A DNA stretch of 24,000 bases from Defluviitoga tunisiensis (GTDB lineage Bacteria; Thermotogota; Thermotogae; Petrotogales; Petrotogaceae): positions 284,676 to 308,675 of the forward strand of contig NZ_LN824141.1 of the NCBI RefSeq assembly GCF_000953715.1, written 5' to 3'. Made by a program: the position numbers and the translations under genes. This document shows positions 1 through 8,629 of the stretch, one piece after another. The notes under the pieces were generated by a model. The model searched no databases, had not been told where the DNA came from, and worked only from the letters and a program-made list of their open reading frames with translations. How positions within the stretch are numbered: position 1 is the first letter of the stretch; each line of letters starts with the position of its first letter.

Positions 1-1169
1 TAATTTACATTAAAGGAGAAAAATGGAATGTTTTCATTTTTCCACAAAATAATTTGGCTATCATTAATAGTAGTGAATCTTTAAATTTTTATCCTAATGA
101 CTTAAAAGAGAAAAACGGGAAAATATATTTAACTCCAGAATTGTTAGCTAAAGTAATGGATCTAGAATTGATTTCTAACGATAGCTCTGTATATTTGAAT
201 GTTCCTTTAGCTCAGGTTAAGTCTATCAAAACTATTATTCAAAAAACAGATGCTAGGATTATAATTGATCTTTCGTCATCTCCTGAAGATATTGGTATTT
301 ATCCTTTAGTTAATAAATCAGGTTATCTCTTAAAAATTAAAGGTGCAGAAGTACCTAATTCATATATTTACGAAGAATATAAAAACAAAATTAACTTCAT
401 TAAAGCTTACCATTATTCGCCAACAGAAGTATGGGTTCAAATAAAGTTAAACAATACTGCTAACTTGAATGAAATTATTGAGGAGACAAGAATAGTACTT
501 GATTTATCTTTTGAAGAAGAGATTAGTTTACCTGTGTTGGTGTTAGATCCTGGTCATGGAGGTATTGATTCAGGAGCTGTTGGACCTACTAAGGTCTTTG
601 AAAAAGATCTTACTCTAGCAGTGGCAAAAAAGGTTCAAGAACTATTAAGCACGTATAATATCAATGTCTATCTTACTAGGACTACTGATATTTACGTGGA
701 TCTACACGACAGAGCTGTTTTTTCAAATGAAAAGGTAGCTGATTTATTCATTAGTTTACACATGAACGATTATCCTTCTGATAAAACAGTTTCAGGATCT
801 GAAGTCTATTATTTTGATTTTTCTGAAAGTGCTTATGCAAGAAGAATTGCTTATCGTGAGAATTTAGATATGACAGCAGATAAAAATATAATTCAAACTT
901 GGGTCAGCGATAAAGGAAATAGTCTGAAACAAAGTGAAAGTTTTGCCAAGATTTTAGGCAGTTATATCAATGGTAATGGAATAAGATTCAGAGGTATTTA
1001 TAAGGCAGAATTTGCAGTTTTGGCTTATACTAGAGGTCCAGCAGTATTATTTGAAATGGAATTTATAAGCAATCCTGATGTGGAAAAAAAGTTTTCGTCT
1101 GGACATTACGTAGATACATTTGCAGAAATAATAAAAAATGCCGTAGTAGAATATTTTAATCTAAAGTAA
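1..1169 (+). CDS. N-acetylmuramoyl-L-alanine amidase (Amidase_3 type, AmiC/CwlD-like) with N-terminal AMIN-like segments; 5'-partial
   Basis: The frame is open from position 3 with no stop, so the gene probably starts left of the window; the track ORF begins at TTG 54. Catalytic-domain motifs are LDPGHGGIDSGAVG, SLHMN and FEMEFISNPDVEKKF. The upstream ARIIIDLSS and TRIVLDLSF segments resemble AMIN repeats. Confidence 0.85.
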   Translation, partial: IYIKGEKWNVFIFPQNNLAIINSSESLNFYPNDLKEKNGKIYLTPELLAKVMDLELISNDSSVYLNVPLAQVKSIKTIIQKTDARIIIDLSSSPEDIGIYPLVNKSGYLLKIKGAEVPNSYIYEEYKNKINFIKAYHYSPTEVWVQIKLNNTANLNEIIEETRIVLDLSFEEEISLPVLVLDPGHGGIDSGAVGPTKVFEKDLTLAVAKKVQELLSTYNINVYLTRTTDIYVDLHDRAVFSNEKVADLFISLHMNDYPSDKTVSGSEVYYFDFSESAYARRIAYRENLDMTADKNIIQTWVSDKGNSLKQSESFAKILGSYINGNGIRFRGIYKAEFAVLAYTRGPAVLFEMEFISNPDVEKKFSSGHYVDTFAEIIKNAVVEYFNLK

Positions 1170-1180
1170 AAACTTGCAAC

Positions 1181-1546
1181 TTACATTCCACATTTATCAA
1201 CAACAATAGCGGCAGCTATTGCATACTCTCTTTCATGAGATATTGTTATATGTATATCAGCTTCGCCTCCAAATTGATTAAATATATATTCTGAAGAATC
1301 AGCGTCTATAAAAGGTTCTCCATTTTCTTTTTCTAATATAGTGATTCTTGAATATGGGATATAACTCTTAAAACATTTTATAATAGCCTCTTTTGCAGCA
1401 AACCTACCTGCTGCAAATTCTTGTTTTTTCCTATTTCCTTTAAACCCGTTATATATTTCTCTCTCTTTAATAGATAGTATTTTTTTAATGTTATTGTCAT
1501 TTATTCTGTCTATTTTCACTATATCGATACCTATCCCTCTAATCAT
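1181..1546 (-). CDS. acpS: holo-[acyl-carrier-protein] synthase (4'-phosphopantetheinyl transferase)
   Basis: 121 aa with motifs GIGIDIVKIDRI, RFAAKEAIIKC and ISHEREYAIAAAIV, typical of AcpS. Its ATG overlaps the upstream gene's stop by 8 nt (ATGATTAG). Confidence 0.9.
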   Translation of the reverse strand: MIRGIGIDIVKIDRINDNNIKKILSIKEREIYNGFKGNRKKQEFAAGRFAAKEAIIKCFKSYIPYSRITILEKENGEPFIDADSSEYIFNQFGGEADIHITISHEREYAIAAAIVVDKCGM

Positions 1547-3611
1547 TAATTATCAACCTCACATTAGCTCCTGGAGTGATTTTTTGAAGAAAACTCTCAA
1601 CTCTTTGATCATTAATATATATATCATAAGATTTGATCTCGTCGATATTCAAAGATAAACTTGATAATATATCGATTAATTGAGCTTCTTTACGTACTTT
1701 CCTCACAGTATAGTTTGAACCATTTTTTATTTCTTGATTGACATCTATTATGTTTCCATTACAAGTAACTATTATTTCTTCTCTATCTAATACTACTTCT
1801 TCACCATTCAAATAAACTACCATCTTTTCTGTTTCTACATCTAAAAAATCTTTTATTTTAGGAAGTTCCTTTATTTGGGTCCTCAATAAATCTCCTTCTT
1901 GAATCCTATAATCATTTTCTAATATTTCATCGTTTTTTACAATAACAGTTCCTACTACGACTTCATATGGAAGATTATTTATAGTAAAATATAAAACTTC
2001 ATTATTATCTTTAAAAACTTTTTCAATTGTCGGAGAAATCGTTTGAATTTCATCTCCATCTTGTATTAATTCTTCTAAATCCTCAACTCTTTCACCATTT
2101 TTATATATTATTGGATAAATTTTTTTTGGCACTCCATTTAAAAAAAATTCCATTGGCTTAATGACCTCTGTTAATTTCACTGTAACTGGTTCAGCATCAC
2201 GTGGTTCTTCAATTTCTATTATATCTCCCGGATTTATTGTAGAGTGTAATTCTGCAGGTTCTCCGTTTTTAAAAATTCTTGCTTTTTTACCAAAATTTCC
2301 TCGTTTTATCTGAAGTTTTCCGTTCAATTCAAAAGCTATTGCTAGTGAAGGGGTACTGACCAATTTATCTAACGAATAACCTGCTTGAAGCAATACTTGA
2401 AGAATTGTTATATCTTTTCCAATCATGAGCATATTTACACTTCTGCCGTTAACTTTCACTTCCGTAAATACACTACCCTGCTTTTTAAGAGCAACATTAA
2501 CAATTCCTAGGGGAGTTATATATTCACTACCTTCTAATTTTTCATTTTCAAAAAAGATTATATCTATATTCTTTAATGTTTTTAATGAAACTCTATTATT
2601 TGGAATACCTAATTTTTCAGCCAACTTCTCTGTAATTAAAGGTACTTTACCTCCTCCTCCTACTATCATAACAGCAATTGGAGGTTTTCCATTGAGATTT
2701 ATAATTTCCTTTGCTATTTTTTCAGTTATATCATCTATTACAGGAGAAATTAGATTAAGAACCTCTTGTTTAGTAATAGTTTGTGAATTATCTAATATAT
2801 CAAGGAAAGATATGGTCTCTTTTATCTTCAGTTGCCTTTTTATACTTTCTGCAGTTTTAAAATCTACTAAAAGTCCTTCAGATATGACATCGGTAATTTC
2901 ATCTCCGGCTTTTGGAACCATTCCATAACCTGTTATTATACCCTTATCAGAAATTGCTATGTCACTTGTTCCAGCGCCTATATCAATCATGGCAATATTA
3001 AGGTTTCTCAAGTCTTCAGGAACAACTAAACTAGTAGCGGCTATAGGTTCTAAAGTAATATGCATTGGTTTAAGATTTACTCTATCAAGTACCGATAACA
3101 TAGCCTCTACAACATTACTAGGAAGAAAGGCTGCTAGAACCTTAACTTTTGCTTGATTTCCTTTCTGTCCTTCAAGATGTTTCATCCATTGGTTATCTAA
3201 ACTGTAATAAAGCACAGAATAACCAACACAGTACATACTTTGAGGATACTGCAATTTTTCTGCTGCAGCATTAACCGCCTCAATTTCCATTTTATTTATT
3301 ACATCTGAACTTAAATATCCATATTCAGAGATATTTAGTGAATAGGTACCGATGGAAGAAATTAGAAATCTACCTGCTATTGCAATCGCAACTTCATTTA
3401 ATTTTTTACCGCTTTTATCTTCTAAAGCCTTTTTAACTTTTGCAACTCCTTTAGCTACTCTTGCAACATCATGAATTTGCCCATCAATCATCGCACGATT
3501 TTCATGTTCTACTTCATAAAAATGGTGTACTATAATTTTTTCAGCAATTTCATCATAAGAAGCCAAAATTCCAACAATGGTTCTTGTTCCTATATCGAGA
3601 CCAAAGACCAT
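1539..3611 (-). CDS. FtsA/actin-fold ATPase-like protein with a C-terminal array of tandem beta-grasp (ThiS-like) repeats
   Basis: 690 aa. The N-terminal ~380 aa carry actin/HSP70-fold motifs: GLDIGTRT (phosphate-1), MIDIGAGTSDIAI (phosphate-2) and VGGGGKVP (adenosine). The C-terminal ~310 aa are repeats ending in I-x-x-G-D/N. The SD GGAGGG (3619-3624) lies 7 nt upstream of the ATG. Confidence 0.75.
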   Translation of the reverse strand: MVFGLDIGTRTIVGILASYDEIAEKIIVHHFYEVEHENRAMIDGQIHDVARVAKGVAKVKKALEDKSGKKLNEVAIAIAGRFLISSIGTYSLNISEYGYLSSDVINKMEIEAVNAAAEKLQYPQSMYCVGYSVLYYSLDNQWMKHLEGQKGNQAKVKVLAAFLPSNVVEAMLSVLDRVNLKPMHITLEPIAATSLVVPEDLRNLNIAMIDIGAGTSDIAISDKGIITGYGMVPKAGDEITDVISEGLLVDFKTAESIKRQLKIKETISFLDILDNSQTITKQEVLNLISPVIDDITEKIAKEIINLNGKPPIAVMIVGGGGKVPLITEKLAEKLGIPNNRVSLKTLKNIDIIFFENEKLEGSEYITPLGIVNVALKKQGSVFTEVKVNGRSVNMLMIGKDITILQVLLQAGYSLDKLVSTPSLAIAFELNGKLQIKRGNFGKKARIFKNGEPAELHSTINPGDIIEIEEPRDAEPVTVKLTEVIKPMEFFLNGVPKKIYPIIYKNGERVEDLEELIQDGDEIQTISPTIEKVFKDNNEVLYFTINNLPYEVVVGTVIVKNDEILENDYRIQEGDLLRTQIKELPKIKDFLDVETEKMVVYLNGEEVVLDREEIIVTCNGNIIDVNQEIKNGSNYTVRKVRKEAQLIDILSSLSLNIDEIKSYDIYINDQRVESFLQKITPGANVRLIIND

Positions 3612-3855
3612 ATTTATACCCTCCTACCCAAGCATCTTTCACACTTTAAAATTAACAATTCTTAACGTGTTCGAGGTTTTAATATTCTTTTGTCTAAAAA
3701 ATACTAGCGCATGCGAATTTTGATTAATTGGTTTTATCTTATAGCACTAAAAAAGGTGGGGTTTACAACGAACTTAATGCAAATTCTAAATGTATTAGCA
3801 ATTTTTCTTCAAAATTATATAATATTTCAGTAAATTTCAAAAAAATGAAGATCTG

Positions 3856-6096
3856 TCATAATTCTACAACAGTAACTCCAGTTCCCCCTTCTTCACTCTT
3901 TGCTATCTTAAAATCTCTTACAATCGAGGAATTCCTTAAATAATCCCACACACCTATAGCTAACTTCCCAGATCCTTTCCCATGAATTATCCTTCCCTCT
4001 TTAATACCAGAAGCTATTAAATCGTCTAGAAATTTTTTTATTTCGGGGATAGCTTCGTTTACAGTTAACCCCCTAATATCTAGTTCCGGGTTAACAATCT
4101 CCTTTTTGTTTATTTTAATTTGCACACTTTTTCTTACGGGATCTTCATCGGCATTAATAATAGGTTCAATGTCTTTAGGACTGTAAGTTATTTGAATGGG
4201 AGAATTTTTAAGTTGTACGGTTATTTTTTTCCCATCAACTTTCTTAATTTCACCTACCATATTACCTGGCACTTTAACCACCATTCCTACATTCAAATGG
4301 AAGTCCGAGATTTTATCTTCCGACTTATCAGTTTTTATTTGTTCTTCTATATTATCTACTTTTAAGGTTAATTCTTCAATTTTTCTAAGCTCATTTTGCA
4401 TGGAATCTATATCTTTTTTTTCAATAGCAATCTTAATTTCTGAAATAATTTTCTGGATCTCACCTTTTATCTTTTTGAGTTCTTTTTTTACTTTCCAAAT
4501 TTCTCTATCTATATATTCTAGTTCCCTATTTTTAACCTTCTCAACCTTCTCTTCATATTCATTTTTTAGCTTTAAAGCTTTTTCTTCAGCATTTTTTTGT
4601 CTCAATAAACTTTCTTCATATTCTTTATGCATTAATGATAACTGTTGAATTATTTTCTCATTTTGTGCGTATCCTTCGTCTAAATATCTATATGACTCTC
4701 GAATGACTTGAGAATTTATTCCTAACCTTTGTGCAATTTCTATAGCATGAGATGCACCAGGAACACCTATTAATAATTTATAAGTGGGTTGAAGTGTCTC
4801 GATATCAAATGACATAGAAGCAGAAAGGAGTCTTTCTTCTTCTAATGAATAAACTTTAATTTCAGAAAGATGAGAAGTTGCAAAAATCAAAGGCCCTTTA
4901 TCTAAAAGATATTTTAGTATCGCTTTACTTAAGGCTGCGCCTTCTATCGGATCAGTTCCAGTGCCTAATTCATCAATTAATACTAGAGATTTTTCAGTCG
5001 CCTCGTCTAATATCTGTTTAATGTTAACCAGATGAGCAGAAAAAGTGCTGAGATTCTCAGATATGTTTTGTTGATCACCAATGTCGGTATATATATCGTT
5101 TATAAAGGGTAATTCAGCTTTAATAGTCAACACAGGTAAAGCTGCATGAGACATAAAAAAGGCGATTCCTATTGATTTCAAAGTAACAGTTTTTCCTCCG
5201 GTGTTTGGACCGGTTATTATCATTCCATTTCTATTAAGTTCTACATCTATAGGTACTACCTTTTCTCTATCTATTAGCGGATGACGAAGCTCTTTCAAAT
5301 TTACTTTTCTTGAAGTAATGCTTGGAAGAATAAATATGGCATTATTTAATTTTGCATACTTGGCTTTTGCTATATTCGAATCTATATACGCAATTATCTC
5401 TACATTTTGTTTGAGTCTTGTATAATTTTTTTGAAGTTCAAAAGTCAACAGCGAGATAATCTTATTAATCTCTAACCTCTCATCACTTACTAAATCTATA
5501 TATTTTTCGTTTAGTTCTATCATGCTTTCTGGTTCAATAAAAACCGTTGAACCAGAATCTGATTTCCCTACAGTAATACCTTTAATGAGATTTTTATTTT
5601 CTGTTCTTATAGCAATACATATCCTGTCATTTTTTTCTATAGGTTGATCTATCGAAAGATATTTATAATATCGATTTTTTATCCTATTAAATTCAATGTT
5701 AAGTTGATTCTTTACAATTGCCATACTTCTTCTAATATTTTTTAATTCTGCTGTAGCATCATCTTTAATATTTCCGTCTTGTGTAAAAGTTTGGAATATC
5801 TCATCTCGAAGATAGGCTAATTGATCGTAGCGTTTTATCTTTTCTGCTAATAATTCATCAATTTTAGAGTAATACATATAAATTTTTTCTGAAGACTCCA
5901 AAAACTCTCCAACATTACGAAACTCTTTTCCTTCTAAATTTTCTTGATTATCAATTTTATTTAATATATTTGAAATGTAATTAACCCCATATAATTCCTT
6001 CACATTGCCCTTTATTACTAAATCCAAGAATAAGTTAGAAATATAAGTTTCATTTTCTAATTCTTCAAAATTGTCATAAAATTTGCTGTTTTGCAA
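3856..6096 (-). CDS. mutS2: endonuclease MutS2 (MutS ATPase domain plus C-terminal Smr domain); the true start is probably upstream, near 6189
   Basis: Motifs are Walker A GPNTGGKT, DELGTGTDP, and the C-terminal Smr sequence LDIRGLTVNEA...IIHGKGSGKL. Coordinates follow the first canonical start (TTG 6096). The same frame stays open to 6234 and encodes a MutS2-like N-terminus (see findings). Confidence 0.9.
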   Translation of the reverse strand: MQNSKFYDNFEELENETYISNLFLDLVIKGNVKELYGVNYISNILNKIDNQENLEGKEFRNVGEFLESSEKIYMYYSKIDELLAEKIKRYDQLAYLRDEIFQTFTQDGNIKDDATAELKNIRRSMAIVKNQLNIEFNRIKNRYYKYLSIDQPIEKNDRICIAIRTENKNLIKGITVGKSDSGSTVFIEPESMIELNEKYIDLVSDERLEINKIISLLTFELQKNYTRLKQNVEIIAYIDSNIAKAKYAKLNNAIFILPSITSRKVNLKELRHPLIDREKVVPIDVELNRNGMIITGPNTGGKTVTLKSIGIAFFMSHAALPVLTIKAELPFINDIYTDIGDQQNISENLSTFSAHLVNIKQILDEATEKSLVLIDELGTGTDPIEGAALSKAILKYLLDKGPLIFATSHLSEIKVYSLEEERLLSASMSFDIETLQPTYKLLIGVPGASHAIEIAQRLGINSQVIRESYRYLDEGYAQNEKIIQQLSLMHKEYEESLLRQKNAEEKALKLKNEYEEKVEKVKNRELEYIDREIWKVKKELKKIKGEIQKIISEIKIAIEKKDIDSMQNELRKIEELTLKVDNIEEQIKTDKSEDKISDFHLNVGMVVKVPGNMVGEIKKVDGKKITVQLKNSPIQITYSPKDIEPIINADEDPVRKSVQIKINKKEIVNPELDIRGLTVNEAIPEIKKFLDDLIASGIKEGRIIHGKGSGKLAIGVWDYLRNSSIVRDFKIAKSEEGGTGVTVVEL

Positions 6097-6182
6097 TAAA
6101 AAATCTTCCCCATATTTTGTGTTAGAATGCGAAGCAATTATTTTTATGATTCTATTAATCTCTAAATCATTTCGAGCTCGTT

Positions 6183-6686
6183 CTAAAATTGAAAACTCAC
6201 CCCTATTGTAATTGGCAAATAGTTTACTGTAAATTCATTTGGATAATATCTTGTTTCATATCCCACCATAAGAAAATAATTATTATATCCTAATCCCGCA
6301 TTAACTGATATTTCAGTATTAAAATTCTTAAAAAAATCTTCGGTATGTACTCCCCCAAAAGCAGAAATTACAAAGTAAAAATTCTGTATAATATTTGCGC
6401 AATATTTCATATGTAATCCAAGAGAAATACCGGCTTGTTCTTGAACATGTGCTTGTTCTAAAAGTTTGTAATTATAAAATATTCCAACATATGGTCCATA
6501 GTTTATAGACTTGTTATCTTCGGTAGGAATAAGAAAACTCATTCTTGCACCAAGATAATCAACCTTCTCGATATCTTTACTTAAGGTATAAGAATAAGAT
6601 GGGGTTAGTGAAAATTCGAAGGCATAAACTGAACTTACAGTAAAAACCACGACTACTAAAAGCTGCAATAATATCTTTTTAAACAA
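6183..6686 (-). CDS. small outer-membrane beta-barrel protein (about 8 strands, OmpW/OMP_b-brl-like)
   Basis: 167 aa with a signal peptide MFKKILLQLLVVVVFTVSSVYA/FE. It has alternating aromatic/aliphatic strands and a C-terminal beta-signal ending in Phe (GVSFQF). The start is TTG, with GGTGA 7 nt upstream. It sits 7 nt downstream of dxs. Confidence 0.6.
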   Translation of the reverse strand: MFKKILLQLLVVVVFTVSSVYAFEFSLTPSYSYTLSKDIEKVDYLGARMSFLIPTEDNKSINYGPYVGIFYNYKLLEQAHVQEQAGISLGLHMKYCANIIQNFYFVISAFGGVHTEDFFKNFNTEISVNAGLGYNNYFLMVGYETRYYPNEFTVNYLPITIGVSFQF

Positions 6687-6693
6687 TTTACTT

Positions 6694-8541
6694 TCACCTT
6701 CTTCTTAAAATCTTAGTGCCAATGTCTGTTTTCAAAAACAATTCTTCGAAATTCTTTTTTATAGATTCAATATCTAATCCACATTCTTGAAGTTGTTCCT
6801 CACGTGTAGCATGAGAAACAAAGTCATCTTTTATACCAAAAGCAAATATCTGTTTGTTTTTTAATTTGTATATTTCTTCATTAAAACCACCTTTTAAGCT
6901 TCCTTCTTCATATACAAATATATAATTTGCTTTTTCTGCTAAAACCTGCATTACAAAATCATCAACCGGTTTAACACTTCGAACGCCTATTATGTTTACT
7001 TCAAATTCATTTAAAGCTTTAACAACAAGCTGTGCCATTGTTCCTACTGCAAGAACATAGACATCCGACTCTGACTTTTTTAAAAATCTCCATTCTCCGT
7101 TTACTATTTTGAGATTTTCTAATATTTGTGTTACGCTAATTTTTTCTCCATCTCTAGGAAAACGAATAAATCTAGGCTTTTTTATTCCTTGAATAACTGA
7201 TGTATATACCATATTTGCAAGGTCTTGCGCATCCAAAGGGGTCCAAACTTCAACATTGGGGATTAATCTAGTGTAAGATAGATCAAAAACACCATGATGA
7301 GTAGGCCCATCTTCTCCAACTAAACCAGCTCTATCAAGCAAAAATAAAACTGGGGCTTTTTGTAAAGCTACATCATGAATCAATGAATCAAAAGCTCTTT
7401 GCATGAATGTAGAATATATATCAACAATAGGCAAAATACCGCCAAAAGAAACAGCGGCTGCAGTAGTTACTACGCTTGATTCTGTAATACCCATATCGAT
7501 AACTTTATCTGGAGAAATCTCTTGTAATATATCAAGACCTGTACCTGATGACATTGCAGCAGTAAACGCTAGAAATTCATAATTTTTAAGCCAAGCAAGA
7601 GTATGGCCAACTATTTTACTATAAGAAATTTTATCATCTTTTTTGGATATTCCATGAAATTTTATAGGCGCATTCTCTATCTCTTCAAATCCTTTTCCTT
7701 TTTTGGTAACAACATGTAGCAAAACTGGACCTTCGTTATATTCTTTCATAAACTTAAAGTACTCTTCAAGTTTTTTTATATTATGTCCTTCAACTGGTCC
7801 ATAATATTTTATACCCATGTCCTCGAAAAAAGGTGCGGGCGAAGCATAAAATGAATATTTTAGCGCATCTCTAAATTTTTTCAATAGATTTTCCACATCT
7901 TTTCCAACGGAAGAATCTTCCAAAGAACTTTTTAAAGCTTTTTTCGTTTCTGTATATTCTTTTTTTACTCTGAAATTGTTAAGAAGTTGAGATATCGCAC
8001 CAACATTTTTTGAAATAGCCATTTCATTATCATTCAATACTATTTTAACGTTTGCTCCTTGGTAATTTAACTGATTTAAGGATTCAAGGGTCATTCCACA
8101 TCCTAAAGCACCGTCTCCAACAATAGCTACTATATCCCTTTTTCTTTTTTTTAACTTATCTGATAAAAAGAAACCTAGTGCTGCAGCAATAGCGGTACCC
8201 GCATGTCCAGCACCAAACTTATCAGCATCTGATTCAAAAATATTGGTATATCCACTTATACCTGCTTTTTTTCTAATATTCTTAAATTCTTTCCATCTAC
8301 CTGTTAGAAGTTTGTGAACATAGCTTTGATGACTAGTATCCCATATAATTACATCTTCAACAGGATCAAAAATTCTATACAATGCTATGGTTAGCTCAAC
8401 TACTCCCAGATTAGAAGCAAGGTGGCCGCTGCCGTTGGATATTGTTGTATATATATATTTTCTAATTTTTTGAGCTAATTCTTCCAATTCTTCATAATTC
8501 ATATTATTGAGCAGTTTATAAAGAGGAACGTTTGTATCCAT
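6694..8541 (-). CDS. dxs: 1-deoxy-D-xylulose-5-phosphate synthase
   Basis: 615 aa with HQSYVHKLLTGR, the TPP motif GDGALGCGMTLESLN, and a transketolase-like C-terminal half. Confidence 0.95.
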   Translation of the reverse strand: MDTNVPLYKLLNNMNYEELEELAQKIRKYIYTTISNGSGHLASNLGVVELTIALYRIFDPVEDVIIWDTSHQSYVHKLLTGRWKEFKNIRKKAGISGYTNIFESDADKFGAGHAGTAIAAALGFFLSDKLKKRKRDIVAIVGDGALGCGMTLESLNQLNYQGANVKIVLNDNEMAISKNVGAISQLLNNFRVKKEYTETKKALKSSLEDSSVGKDVENLLKKFRDALKYSFYASPAPFFEDMGIKYYGPVEGHNIKKLEEYFKFMKEYNEGPVLLHVVTKKGKGFEEIENAPIKFHGISKKDDKISYSKIVGHTLAWLKNYEFLAFTAAMSSGTGLDILQEISPDKVIDMGITESSVVTTAAAVSFGGILPIVDIYSTFMQRAFDSLIHDVALQKAPVLFLLDRAGLVGEDGPTHHGVFDLSYTRLIPNVEVWTPLDAQDLANMVYTSVIQGIKKPRFIRFPRDGEKISVTQILENLKIVNGEWRFLKKSESDVYVLAVGTMAQLVVKALNEFEVNIIGVRSVKPVDDFVMQVLAEKANYIFVYEEGSLKGGFNEEIYKLKNKQIFAFGIKDDFVSHATREEQLQECGLDIESIKKNFEELFLKTDIGTKILRRR

Positions 8542-8549
8542 TATAAAAT

Positions 8550-8580
8550 AATGAGATTTTTACACAATAAAAATCTCATT
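8550..8580 (-). promoter_or_regulatory. leader hairpin between the nusB stop and the dxs start (attenuator, terminator or translation-control element)
   Basis: A 12-bp AU-rich stem pairs 8569-8580 with 8550-8561 across a 7-nt loop. On the minus strand it lies between the SD AGAAAGGAGG (8583-8592) and the dxs ATG (8541). AUUUUAUAAUG follows the stem. Confidence 0.5.
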
Positions 8581-8629
8581 TTCCTCCTTTCTCACCCTTT
8601 CTTTTTACAAAATACAAATTATATTCTCA

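Noticed and set aside
3612-3855. The 244-bp mutS2 to FtsA-like spacer as an ncRNA or riboswitch, including the CGCATGCG palindrome (3709-3716) and the AAAAAAGGTGGGG segment
   Set aside because: The region is very AT-rich with no extended complementary arms. The G-rich segment has no partner sequence, so it forms neither a terminator nor a structured RNA. The 8-bp palindrome is too short to interpret. The region most likely just holds the promoter of the FtsA-like gene (TTGAAA-15-TATAAT on the minus strand, with suboptimal spacing).
2425-4648. Plus-strand track ORFs 2425-2928, 2959-3156, 3471-3665, 3728-3943, 4120-4365 and 4196-4648, lying opposite the FtsA-like gene and mutS2
   Set aside because: They lie antisense to well-supported genes and lack SD sites. 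Their products are low-complexity Ser/Phe/Ile/Leu-rich, as expected from reading AT-rich Lys/Glu/Asn-rich genes backwards. They are shadow ORFs.
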